Below are positions 1 to 7,008 of a stretch of 32,052 nt of DNA, piece after piece. The notes under the pieces were generated by a model. The model did not search any database, had not been told where the DNA came from, and saw only the letters and a program-made list of their open reading frames with translations. Numbering within the stretch: the stretch's first letter is position 1; every line of letters begins with the position of its first letter. The position numbers and the translations under genes were made by a program. This DNA is from a virus: the IMG/VR virus record IMGVR_UViG_3300045988_137377, positions 1-32,052 of that record. One strand, written 5' to 3'.

Positions 1-108
1 GGTCACCCGTGCGTTGCCGTACACCTGTGCGTTGCCGTACACCCGTGCGTCTCCGGTCACCCGTGCGTTGCCGTACACCTGTGCGTCTCCAGTCACCCAT
101 GCGTTGCC
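1..108. repeat. Six tandem 18-bp units (consensus gKtcacccgtgcgtYKcc) encoding G-[ND]-A-x-V-[YT] hexapeptides
   Basis: Direct reading: units at 1-18, 19-36, 37-54, 55-72, 73-90 and 91-108. The same unit family occurs at 31884-32052. Confidence 0.95.
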
Positions 109-273
109 GGACTGAGCTAGATTTTCGTACCTTTTTATGTACCCACCAATGTTGCCTTTAATCACGTCTGAGAAAGACCTCAATGCGCGTATCCTATAAA
201 GTTTTTCTCCGAAAACTTCAATAAAATCGTCTTGTAGAATCTCATACTTATCAGAGATTGTTGCTTTTTTCAT
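1..273 (-). CDS. Hexapeptide-repeat (beta-helix-like) protein, N-terminal part (ATG at 273-271); continues at the right end of the window
   Basis: Translates MKKATISDKYEILQDDFIEVFGEKLYRIRALRSFSDVIKGNIGGYIKRYENLAQS followed by GNAWVT/GDAQVY/GNARVT/GDARVY/GNAQVY/GNARVT. It is open to base 1 (91 codons exactly). RBS AAAGGAAAG lies upstream of the ATG. Confidence 0.75.
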   Translation of the reverse strand, partial: MKKATISDKYEILQDDFIEVFGEKLYRIRALRSFSDVIKGNIGGYIKRYENLAQSGNAWVTGDAQVYGNARVTGDARVYGNAQVYGNARVT

Positions 274-366
274 TTTTCTTTCCTTTCGCTGTGTGGCCCT
301 TCCTGGCTACATTTATAGTATATCACCCTCTACCGACTAAACCAAGCTGGGAGAGGGTGAAATAAG
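274..366 (-). promoter_or_regulatory. Early cassette A: 38-nt inverted repeat (323-360) enclosing a -35-like TTGGTT (340-345), abutting an extended -10 TGATATACT (-10 at 317-322), then leader and RBS
   Basis: Gene-sense reading is TCACCCTCTCCCAGCTTGGTTTAGTCGGTAGAGGGTGATATACT...GAAAGGAAAGAAAAATG. There is a 17-nt spacer between TTGGTT and TATACT. About 73 nt are identical to cassette B. Confidence 0.6.
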
Positions 367-1218
367 TCATACTTCATTAGATGCTTGTGCTGCTTGCAGC
401 TCAAGCAGCTTGGCCTTAGCCTCTATCATTGCCACCTCGGCCTGCACGCGCTCAGTCTCAGCTCGCATAGCCTCAAGCTCAAGCTCGCGCCGCTCACGAA
501 TCGCAGCAAGCGCGGTTGTGCGCCGCTCTTCCGCAGACCACTCGACAACGCCAGCAAGCTCACGCAATGCTGTTTTCAGCCACATCTTCTCGGGGTATTT
601 CTGCCACGGCGAGAATTTACTCCGAGCTGTCTGCGACGCATCCATAGCCTCCTGTATGCGATCTTTGCCAACCTGCACCACGGGTGATATACCGCCACCT
701 GCGAGGTCGTTATATTCGACCCATGCGACAGCTTTCACTAGCTGCCCACGCTCCTCATCTGGCGCGCGCATATATTTAGGTGATTCGTCTACACCCTCGA
801 CGTACTCGAATTTATCGCCCTCGCGTACTGCTATTCGGTGAATGTTCTTTGCATACCCGGCGCGACGGATTAGCTCGACCCACCCTTTATAGCCTATGTC
901 TGCTACTATTTCGCGTCCGCGTGGCACAAAATATATTTCATCCGTACCAGGGGTAAGACCATACCGAGCCGATTTCTGCAGCATCACTGTAAGCTGCAAA
1001 GGATCATTCAGTGCCAAAGATACAAGTTTAGTGTCATTCCTGATTACCAATGACGCGGCTGCGAGCCAGTCGAGTACGTCACCTTGCATGTGCTTCGGCA
1101 TTGCGGCGGCAATGAATTCTTTTTGCGGCTCGATTATTTTTTTTTGCAGGTCGCGTATTGCGATTTGGCTACTTTGTTGGTTGCGTGAGATTTGGTTTCC
1201 TGGCTGTGGCTGTACCAT
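367..1218 (-). CDS. recT: RecT-family single-strand annealing recombinase
   Basis: Motifs ARYGLTPGTDEIYFVPRG, GYKGWVELIRRAGY and SPWQKYPEKMWLKTALRELA match the RecT family pattern. A YqaJ-type exonuclease gene lies nearby. Confidence 0.85.
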   Translation of the reverse strand: MVQPQPGNQISRNQQSSQIAIRDLQKKIIEPQKEFIAAAMPKHMQGDVLDWLAAASLVIRNDTKLVSLALNDPLQLTVMLQKSARYGLTPGTDEIYFVPRGREIVADIGYKGWVELIRRAGYAKNIHRIAVREGDKFEYVEGVDESPKYMRAPDEERGQLVKAVAWVEYNDLAGGGISPVVQVGKDRIQEAMDASQTARSKFSPWQKYPEKMWLKTALRELAGVVEWSAEERRTTALAAIRERRELELEAMRAETERVQAEVAMIEAKAKLLELQAAQASNEV

Positions 1219-1248
1219 TTTCTGTGTCCTGTCTTTCTGAGTGGATGC

Positions 1249-1572
1249 TTATAGCATTGATTCGTACGCGTGGGTGAAGAATTTTTCTGCTGATTCTTTT
1301 GAGCAGGATACGGATTCTTCGTATTCCTGGTTTGCCAGCATCGGGCTATTGGTCTCAGTTAGGATTTCGTCGAATAGCAGATCGCGTATCTCGGATTCTT
1401 GCACCTCATAATCATCTGCTAGGATTACGCGCCCCTGCATGGTTAGTTCTATATGGGTAGCGGTCGGGTCGTCGCGTTCGATCAGCAGGTGGAAGCCTAC
1501 ACCTTCTTTAGTGATTGCCCATCCGTGCATGATGCGGTTGCGGACTTCCCAGATGATTTTTCCTTTTTTCAT
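1249..1572 (-). CDS. Hypothetical protein (107 aa, acidic C-terminal half)
   Basis: ORF begins directly after cassette C, with RBS AAGGAAAGGAAAAG upstream of the ATG. No recognisable motif. Confidence 0.6.
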   Translation of the reverse strand: MKKGKIIWEVRNRIMHGWAITKEGVGFHLLIERDDPTATHIELTMQGRVILADDYEVQESEIRDLLFDEILTETNSPMLANQEYEESVSCSKESAEKFFTHAYESML

Positions 1573-1655
1573 TCTTCTTTTCCTTTCCTTGTATCTCTAG
1601 TGTATCACCCCCTACCGACTAAACCAAGCTGGGAGAGGGTGAAATACATCACTAA
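1573..1655 (-). promoter_or_regulatory. Early cassette C: inverted repeat 1605-1642, extended -10 TGATACACT (-10 at 1599-1604), short leader and RBS
   Basis: Gene-sense reading is TCACCCTCTCCCAGCTTGGTTTAGTCGGTAGGGGGTGATACACTAGAGATACAAGGAAAGGAAAAGAAGAATG. It is identical to plus-strand cassette E. Confidence 0.6.
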
Positions 1656-2558
1656 TTACTTGAATACAACAAATGGCTTCCCCTGCCCGCGCGCCTGACG
1701 CTTAGCAATAGGTCGCCCATTATACTCAAGCTCAGCGGCGCGCCCCATCTCAATGGCAGCCCAATTCTTAGCTATAGCCTCAGTCTGCTTATACAATTTC
1801 TTGATCCGTTGGAAGCGCTCAATGCGAACAGCTGCATCATTTGACGCAACCACAAGTGTGTCGTCAATTTCAGGGTGCAGCTCGCGCGCAGCCTCATAGA
1901 TCGACATGTCACCCTCTTCTTCTGAAAAGTCAGGCTCTACACCATATTCGAGAGACGCAGCAAATTCTGAACACTCTAGACGCATGCGTTCTACATATTG
2001 TTCGTCGTACTCTATGGTGTACTCACGGAACTGCATTGCGATCAATGCCGCAATAATACACTTTTTTACGCCCGTACAAAACATCTGTGCCTGCACCTGA
2101 GCATAATATCCCAGGGGTATACCATCAGCACCCGAACCAGAAGCACCCCATTCTGCCCCATTCATGGCGGTCTTGCACTCTAGTAGCGCTACTACCTCGG
2201 GTGACTTCTTGCCAGCCTCGGGAATGACTATTAATCGATCAGGCGTGGCAGTGATTACTTCACGGCTCCATGCTAGACCATGCGGATTTAGAACAGAATA
2301 TTCGGGGTGCTGCTGCGTGTACCATTGGGCGATAGCGTCTTCTAAGATGTGCCCGCGTTGAGCAACCTCATGAGTAGGCGACTGCCCCTCAATGTTTCCC
2401 TTCATTGTGTGCCATATGGCATATTTAGAGGTGTACGGCGAGACTTTTAGAATCGCAGCAACCTTGGATGCAGTGATTTTCTTCATCCACTCAGGGCTAC
2501 CTGGCTTAAGCGGCTGTTTTATTGCCCTCTTGCGCAGTTGATACCATTTCATTTCCAT
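1656..2558 (-). CDS. YqaJ-like (lambda-Exo/RecE-class, PD-(D/E)XK) recombination exonuclease
   Basis: GSPEWMKKITASKVAAIL...SPYTSKYAIW...RGHILEDAIAQWY...ATPDRLIV...LLECKTA matches the YqaJ viral recombinase layout. It is paired with RecT. Confidence 0.8.
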   Translation of the reverse strand: MEMKWYQLRKRAIKQPLKPGSPEWMKKITASKVAAILKVSPYTSKYAIWHTMKGNIEGQSPTHEVAQRGHILEDAIAQWYTQQHPEYSVLNPHGLAWSREVITATPDRLIVIPEAGKKSPEVVALLECKTAMNGAEWGASGSGADGIPLGYYAQVQAQMFCTGVKKCIIAALIAMQFREYTIEYDEQYVERMRLECSEFAASLEYGVEPDFSEEEGDMSIYEAARELHPEIDDTLVVASNDAAVRIERFQRIKKLYKQTEAIAKNWAAIEMGRAAELEYNGRPIAKRQARGQGKPFVVFK

Positions 2559-2577
2559 TTTCCTTTTATTGATAGTG

Positions 2578-2600
2578 CCGCAGGCTTAGGGAGCCTGCGG
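2578..2600 (-). other. Intergenic 9-bp stem-loop (ccgcaggct/agcctgcgg, 5-nt loop) between two minus-strand genes
   Basis: Perfect inverted repeat seen directly. No U-tract on either side, so its function (terminator, processing site) is open. Confidence 0.4.
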
Positions 2601-2616
2601 AACTTTGTACTACTGT

Positions 2617-2814
2617 TTAGATTTCGTTGTCGGCTACGATGCTCCAGAATTCACTTTCGTCTACCTTGAGTACGTATCCGTCTTCGTAGTCGCCAATCGC
2701 TAAATCTGCAATGGCTTCAACATTGTAATCATCGGCTTTTGCGTCGCTTGCTTCGATAACCTCGATAATCTCACGCTCGATAGCCTCGGTGCGGGTGGTG
2801 TATTTCTGTGCCAT
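2617..2814 (-). CDS. Small, very acidic hypothetical protein (65 aa)
   Basis: First ORF after cassette B with an RBS. The sequence is rich in D/E (EAIEREIIEVIEASDAKADDYNVEAIADLAIGDYEDGY). Confidence 0.6.
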   Translation of the reverse strand: MAQKYTTRTEAIEREIIEVIEASDAKADDYNVEAIADLAIGDYEDGYVLKVDESEFWSIVADNEI

Positions 2815-2912
2815 TTTCTTTCCTTTCGCTGTGTGGCCCTTCCTGGCTACATTTATAGTATATCACCCTCTACCGACTAAACCAAGCCAATAGAGGGTGA
2901 TATTTGCTACAT
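2815..2912 (-). promoter_or_regulatory. Early cassette B: perfect 10-bp-arm inverted repeat (2863-2900), extended -10 TGATATACT (-10 at 2857-2862), long leader identical to cassette A
   Basis: 2815-2887 is identical to 275-347. Arms are tcaccctcta/tagagggtga. Confidence 0.6.
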
Positions 2913-3308
2913 TTATTTATTGAATAAGTTCACCTGCAAAGAAGCCACAGATAAAATCGTATTTTTTTGAGACTCATAGTCTATTCCACCTGAGCCTTCG
3001 CTATTCAAAATCCACTCAGCAACACTCGCTATGCATTTCCTGTGAACGTTATCCGCGCCAGATGTTTTACCGTAAAAATCGCAGCTAGAAATCTCAGAAA
3101 GAATCATTGTCGCCCTATCCGACAGATCGTAATTGACCCATCCATAATGCGACATATCAAGATAGTCCAGAAGCTTTATAGTGTCGTCAATTCCATTCTT
3201 ATACGGTGCACGCCACGCATATTTCATGATATTGCCTAGATAGAATGGCAGCTCGTGAATAAAACTAGTGAGCTTGTGCCCGTCAATTTCGAGATAATGG
3301 TTAGACAA
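2913..3308 (-). CDS. DUF3310-like phage protein (131 aa), probable TTG start overlapping the upstream stop
   Basis: FYLGNIMKYAWRAPYKNGIDDTIKLLDYL resembles the DUF3310 signature (GN..KY..R...K....D..K...Y). GGGGGA lies upstream of the TTG. The gene looks more AT-rich than its neighbours. Confidence 0.55.
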   Translation of the reverse strand: MSNHYLEIDGHKLTSFIHELPFYLGNIMKYAWRAPYKNGIDDTIKLLDYLDMSHYGWVNYDLSDRATMILSEISSCDFYGKTSGADNVHRKCIASVAEWILNSEGSGGIDYESQKNTILSVASLQVNLFNK

Positions 3309-3672
3309 TTGGTCGTCCCCCAGTAGCTAGTAGTCTTTCGTGTCTTGCGATGCGTTCGCGCCTGGCCTGCACCCATTTTTCGTAGTACTGTTTAGTTAGC
3401 TCAGCGCTGCGATATTCGTTAGGGTCTATTACACGCTCTTCCTTATACTTACGATTCTCCTGCCTCTTGCGGCAAATTGAGCAGTCCGGATTTATTTCCG
3501 CCATGTCAATTCCGCACCCTTTACATTTAGGTGGTTCTGGTGCTTTATATCGTATGTCGCCTACGATCTTCCACTTGCGGTGCCGATTATTGCACTGCGT
3601 GCACCCCTTTGTTCTTTCCTCACGCGGGCACCCACATGTTCCACAGTGTGTTGTGTATTCCTTGCCAGCCAT
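3301..3672 (-). CDS. Cys-rich putative zinc-ribbon protein (123 aa)
   Basis: Two CxxC-type clusters (HCGTCGC...CTQC and CKGCG...CSIC) followed by a basic helical tail. Confidence 0.55.
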   Translation of the reverse strand: MAGKEYTTHCGTCGCPREERTKGCTQCNNRHRKWKIVGDIRYKAPEPPKCKGCGIDMAEINPDCSICRKRQENRKYKEERVIDPNEYRSAELTKQYYEKWVQARRERIARHERLLATGGRPIV

Positions 3673-3673
3673 T

Positions 3674-4180
3674 TTAGATTACCGCCGTTGCTAATAGTTT
3701 GAATTGGTGAAATTTCTTGACGTGCGCATCAGATGCTTGCACGATCCCTTGGTGCGTGCTCATAGGTTTCATAGTTCCGCATACACTGCAATCTGCATAC
3801 CATTTACCGTTGTATTTCCGAGACTTTACTTTGGCTTCATGAGTTATGCCGATCATGAAAACATTGAAGACTAGACAGAAGTCTTGTATATCCTGGGCTG
3901 TGCTTGCGTCTCGCAACTTCCCAGTTGCTCCTAGTAAATCTTCTGTCGTTATAGCTGTTAGCTTGCGGGTTCGCTCGTTCGCAGCTAGTTTCTTAGGCAG
4001 TGAGAATTTCTTGCGTGCTGCACCTGGCTTGAGTGCCTTTAGGGTTCGTGAGTGCCCCTGCTCATTGAAGAACATTTCGTCAATGTCTTTTGCTACCAGG
4101 TAGCTTTTCCCGTCTAGGGTTGTGATTACTCGCAGGGTTTTCCCTGTGAACCTGTTTTGTAGTAGGTATCCTACTGTCAT
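3674..4180 (-). CDS. Bro-N-like domain protein (antirepressor-like N-terminus) with a C-terminal CxxC/His cluster
   Basis: FTGKTLRVITTLDGKSYLVAKDIDEMF resembles the Bro-N core (F..xxxRv...dGxxwFvAkDv). First gene after cassette D. Confidence 0.45.
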   Translation of the reverse strand: MTVGYLLQNRFTGKTLRVITTLDGKSYLVAKDIDEMFFNEQGHSRTLKALKPGAARKKFSLPKKLAANERTRKLTAITTEDLLGATGKLRDASTAQDIQDFCLVFNVFMIGITHEAKVKSRKYNGKWYADCSVCGTMKPMSTHQGIVQASDAHVKKFHQFKLLATAVI

Positions 4181-4259
4181 TTCTTTTCCTTTCCTTGTAC
4201 TTCTAGTGTATCACCCCCTACCAGATAATCAAGACGACAGGGGGTGAAATAAATTACAG
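4181..4259 (-). promoter_or_regulatory. Early cassette D: inverted repeat 4211-4247 (TCACCCCCT/AGGGGGTGA), -35-like TTGATT in the loop, extended -10 TGATACACT (-10 at 4205-4210)
   Basis: Same architecture as A/B/C but with a different loop and a compensated stem position. Confidence 0.55.
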
Positions 4260-4580
4260 CTACCCTCGCAGATTACTCCACGTATACACATCCTGACGGT
4301 CGAAAAGCCGGTCATTGCCAGAAGTCCTAAACGGCTTCAACTTACCAGATGCGCAAGCCTTACGCACACCGTTTGGAGTCATTTCCCCCATCTCTGCGAC
4401 CTCTCGGACAGTCAATAGAGTGCTAATAATATTCTCTGGGTTATCGGGTGAGATCATTTCACGAATGCGGTCTACCTCGTCATGCAAATCTTCGAGATGC
4501 CCAATATTCTTATCTGTGAGATCATTAGCAAGCAGCTGAATATTCTTGAGCGCAATACGCAAATCTTGCAGATCGGACAT
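4260..4580 (-). CDS. Helix-turn-helix DNA-binding protein (excisionase/MerR-like HTH at the C-terminus)
   Basis: LTVREVAEMGEMTPNGVRKACASGKLKPFRTSGNDRLFDRQDV fits the HTH_17/Xis-like pattern. Confidence 0.5.
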   Translation of the reverse strand: MSDLQDLRIALKNIQLLANDLTDKNIGHLEDLHDEVDRIREMISPDNPENIISTLLTVREVAEMGEMTPNGVRKACASGKLKPFRTSGNDRLFDRQDVYTWSNLRG

Positions 4581-4954
4581 TATTTTTTCCTTTCGTATGG
4601 GCTGAAAAATATTTCAAGCCTCGGGTTTTCTCTATCTACACCACCGTGATGGAGGTGTGGGCCATCTAGGTATTCATGTGAGTCATCTGGGAGTATCCCC
4701 GCGTCCACAATCCCATCCAGAATAGCCTTTGCTGTAGGGTAATAATTTCCCGGATCGTACCTTCCGGCGCGTGCCCTGTAAATGTATACATGACATTCCA
4801 CAGGTGGTTCCAAAGCTTCTAGGCTATGTGCTGCCTCATGCCCTGCTCTTCGCCAGTATTTGGATGATTTCTGCCTAGTGCGCCAATGCTCAGACATTAG
4901 CTTGTTTATCGACAGCAGCGGGTGGCCATCCGGTATCTCAATGACTACTTTCAT
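4580..4954 (-). CDS. rusA: RusA-like Holliday junction resolvase
   Basis: RYDPGNYYPTAKAILDGIVDAGILPDDSHEYL matches the RusA catalytic-region pattern (D.xN..K...D.l....DD). Size is 124 aa. Confidence 0.7.
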   Translation of the reverse strand: MKVVIEIPDGHPLLSINKLMSEHWRTRQKSSKYWRRAGHEAAHSLEALEPPVECHVYIYRARAGRYDPGNYYPTAKAILDGIVDAGILPDDSHEYLDGPHLHHGGVDRENPRLEIFFSPYERKK

Positions 4955-5349
4955 TAGGAGACTTTACGCGTGGATACTTCGTAGTCCTCGACTGTACAAA
5001 ATTCCTCGCCAACGTAAGCGCGGTACACGGCAACCTCATTCAGGAATAACTCGTACCCATCTGGAATAAGCTCAGCAAATTCTTTAGCCAGGTACTTCTC
5101 TAAGGACTTGATAATTTCCTGGTGCCCCTCGATGATCTGCTGCCAGTACTCGGATGAATCGAATGCGGTGCCGTCTTTGACCTGCACTCGCGCAAGCCCG
5201 TTCTTTATGAAGTTTTCGGTGGCTTCTACTACCTTCTTGCCACTCTCGGTGTCTTTCACAAAGGGCATGTCTTCCAGTAGTTCTACCCATGCGGCTTTTT
5301 TGTCCTGGCGGTAGGTTAGGCTGATTGCGCCTTCGAGTGTTTCGCTCAT
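4954..5349 (-). CDS. Hypothetical protein (131 aa); start moved to ATG 5349
   Basis: MSETLEGA is preceded by AAAGGAAAGAAGAAA. The ORF-track extension to 5406 would run through the cassette F promoter and hairpin. Confidence 0.6.
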   Translation of the reverse strand: MSETLEGAISLTYRQDKKAAWVELLEDMPFVKDTESGKKVVEATENFIKNGLARVQVKDGTAFDSSEYWQQIIEGHQEIIKSLEKYLAKEFAELIPDGYELFLNEVAVYRAYVGEEFCTVEDYEVSTRKVS

Positions 5350-5428
5350 TTTCTTCTTTCCTTTCTTTCGACACCTCAAGTGTATCATGCAATACCAGTA
5401 ATGCAAAGCTGGTTTTGCATGAGGTGCA
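5350..5428 (-). promoter_or_regulatory. Early cassette F: same 38-nt architecture with different arms (TCATGCAA/TTGCATGA, 5385-5422), extended -10 TGATACACT (-10 at 5379-5384)
   Basis: Gene-sense reading is TCATGCAAAACCAGCTTTGCATTACTGGTATTGCATGATACACT...GAAAGAAAGGAAAGAAGAAAATG. A nested palindrome ATGCAAA/TTTGCAT is present. Confidence 0.5.
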
Positions 5429-5977
5429 TCACATACCCTCTAATGTCCGCATCTGCCTATCACGCTCACGCTCAACAGCCCCACGCCGCATAGAACCAGA
5501 CTCACCCACACCAAAGCTGCGCACAAGCGCACGCACCTCAGGAGGCGGCGGAACAGCCTCCCTTTCGCGCGGCGCACGCGGCGCATCAAGCACGCGCAAA
5601 TCAACCTCACTGCGCACAAACTCAGGTACAGCAGCATATGCTCGCTTCCATGACTCATACACGCGTACAGCAGCCTCGTAATCCTGCTTATCCTCAATTT
5701 CAAGAGACTTGAATTTGGCTGCGAGGCGCGAGCACCTTCCAAGCGCACCGTCAATCTCGGCCTTCATTTCCTGCCAGGTCTCCAAAATGTCCCCCGGTTG
5801 GAGAATAGATATGCGGCGCGTTGAATAAAGTCGCTTTTGCACCTCGCGGGCGTACTTGTCTGGCACCTCTGCACAAATTTCTGCCCACACCGTAAGGATT
5901 TCATCAGGTAGTGGCTTTAAGCGCTGATCTAGCCCGGTGGCGACCGTATAGAGCGCTCGCATTGTGTTTAGTTCCAT
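5429..5977 (-). CDS. Hypothetical protein (182 aa), translationally coupled to the Rep-like gene
   Basis: Overlaps the upstream stop by 10 nt. No motif recognised. Position suggests a replication accessory role (inference only). Confidence 0.55.
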   Translation of the reverse strand: MELNTMRALYTVATGLDQRLKPLPDEILTVWAEICAEVPDKYAREVQKRLYSTRRISILQPGDILETWQEMKAEIDGALGRCSRLAAKFKSLEIEDKQDYEAAVRVYESWKRAYAAVPEFVRSEVDLRVLDAPRAPREREAVPPPPEVRALVRSFGVGESGSMRRGAVERERDRQMRTLEGM

Positions 5978-6933
5978 TGGGTAATTTCCTTTCGATTTTC
6001 TTCAAAGTGCTGTGCGGCGATTTGCGGGGCGTTTTTAAGTGCGGACAGATCGTAACCCATTTGGGCGGCTTTTTGCTCCCATTCGGTCATCTGTGGCTTC
6101 CGAGAGGGGAATACTGCCTCTAGGTCTTCCTCCCATCCGCGACGATTGAGCCAGGTGGACGGGTGAGGAACATATTTTAGCTCGGTACCGCTCTGTGCGA
6201 ATGCGGCTGCGTATGCCCGCATGCCGTCGATAGCGTCCTGAGACTCGCCACGTCGCTCTACAGCCCTCCAGGCGCGCTCTGACGCCTTTTTTCCTACCCG
6301 CCTGGGAACTAGTGCCCAAAACGTATCAAAATCACTTAGAGGGGCGTTCTGTGGCTTCTGATGGGTATTTGCGTTCGATACCTGGACTACCTCGTCAGCT
6401 TTTCGCCAATGCTGCTGAGTATCAGGTTCGATTTTCACAATTGCCTCGGTTCCAAGATCATCATAATCAGCGAGCGCGTCAGCGCGTAGCGGCTCTGTGA
6501 CCTGAGCCACCTCAGCGTCACGGGGGACTATAGGGGGTAAATTAGTATTATTAATAACTTTAGTATTAAGAGGAGTATGCAGCGAAACCGTCGACGGTTC
6601 AACCGCTGTCGGTAAACCTGACAACGGCTCACTATGTGAGACACTTGGGAGCTTCGCAACCATGATCGAAGAACCAAATTTGCCGCCCTCGCGAGACTGT
6701 GAAATCTCCAGATACCCGAGCTCTTGCAATTCGTCGATTAGAGATTTCACTCCCATGCGCCCCATAGGTGATGCCTCGATTAATTCTTGGCGTGAGAGTG
6801 AGTATCCAGGTTTCTGTGAAACGATGAAGCTTATAAGCCCGCGGGCACCCCATGAAAGCCTTGAATCACGCAGAATTTGGTTCGGAATCATGGTGAACGA
6901 GTGCTGGTAGTCGAAATGGTGTATAATATCCAC
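5968..6933 (-). CDS. Replication initiator / replisome-organizer-like protein (N-terminal winged-helix, C-terminal DnaD-like motif); GTG start
   Basis: N-terminus FTMIPNQILRDSRLSWGARGLISFIVSQKPGYSLSRQELIE is typical of phage/plasmid Rep wHTH domains. C-terminus reads FDTFWALVPRRVGKKASERAW...HPSTWLNRRGWEED. First gene of the leftward operon. Confidence 0.65.
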   Translation of the reverse strand: MDIIHHFDYQHSFTMIPNQILRDSRLSWGARGLISFIVSQKPGYSLSRQELIEASPMGRMGVKSLIDELQELGYLEISQSREGGKFGSSIMVAKLPSVSHSEPLSGLPTAVEPSTVSLHTPLNTKVINNTNLPPIVPRDAEVAQVTEPLRADALADYDDLGTEAIVKIEPDTQQHWRKADEVVQVSNANTHQKPQNAPLSDFDTFWALVPRRVGKKASERAWRAVERRGESQDAIDGMRAYAAAFAQSGTELKYVPHPSTWLNRRGWEEDLEAVFPSRKPQMTEWEQKAAQMGYDLSALKNAPQIAAQHFEENRKEITQWN

Positions 6934-6973
6934 CGGGACATCCTTTCTGTTTCTTATTTTCCTTTCCGGAATT

Positions 6974-7008
6974 GCCTCCGAGGCTTTCGCCTCGGGGGCT
7001 TTTTCGTT
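6974..7008 (+). terminator. Textbook intrinsic terminator on the PLUS strand, inside the leader of the minus-strand Rep gene
   Basis: gcctccgaggc-tttc-gcctcgggggc followed by tttttcgtt. It forms an 11-bp stem with one G.U wobble in plus-sense RNA (C.A mismatch in minus sense), a tetraloop and a U-run. Confidence 0.7.

Noticed and set aside
1-108. Short regular direct repeats at both window ends could suggest a CRISPR array
   Set aside because: The units are 18 bp and contiguous with no spacers. They lie in an open reading frame encoding a perfect hexapeptide periodicity, and no cas genes are present. This is a coding tandem repeat.
385-1240. Plus-strand ORFs (385-687, 410-841, 896-1240) opposite recT
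   Set aside because: These are shadow ORFs antisense to a gene with clear RecT motifs. Their products are Ser/Arg/Cys/Leu-rich low-complexity sequences with no RBS.
5350-5406. ORF-track N-terminal extensions (4954-5406, 10495-11082, 21955-22605, 24109-24786, 31013-31633, 7573-7983, 8477-8752)
   Set aside because: In each case an internal start with a good Shine-Dalgarno exists. The extension either runs through a promoter, hairpin or terminator, or overlaps the upstream gene extensively with implausible sequence.
5084-5754. Alternative minus-strand frames (5084-5392, 5440-5754, also 6035-6319, 6632-6853, 10180-10467, 14120-14500, 22715-23041)
   Set aside because: They overlap better-supported ORFs in another frame, are Arg/Leu-rich, and lack RBSs.
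6974-7008. Reading the 6974-7008 hairpin as a minus-strand terminator or as the end of a plus-strand protein gene
   Set aside because: In minus sense the stem has a C.A mismatch and is followed by AGGCAATTCC with no U-run. No plus-strand ORF ends upstream of it. I retained it as a plus-strand terminator of a non-coding or antisense transcript.
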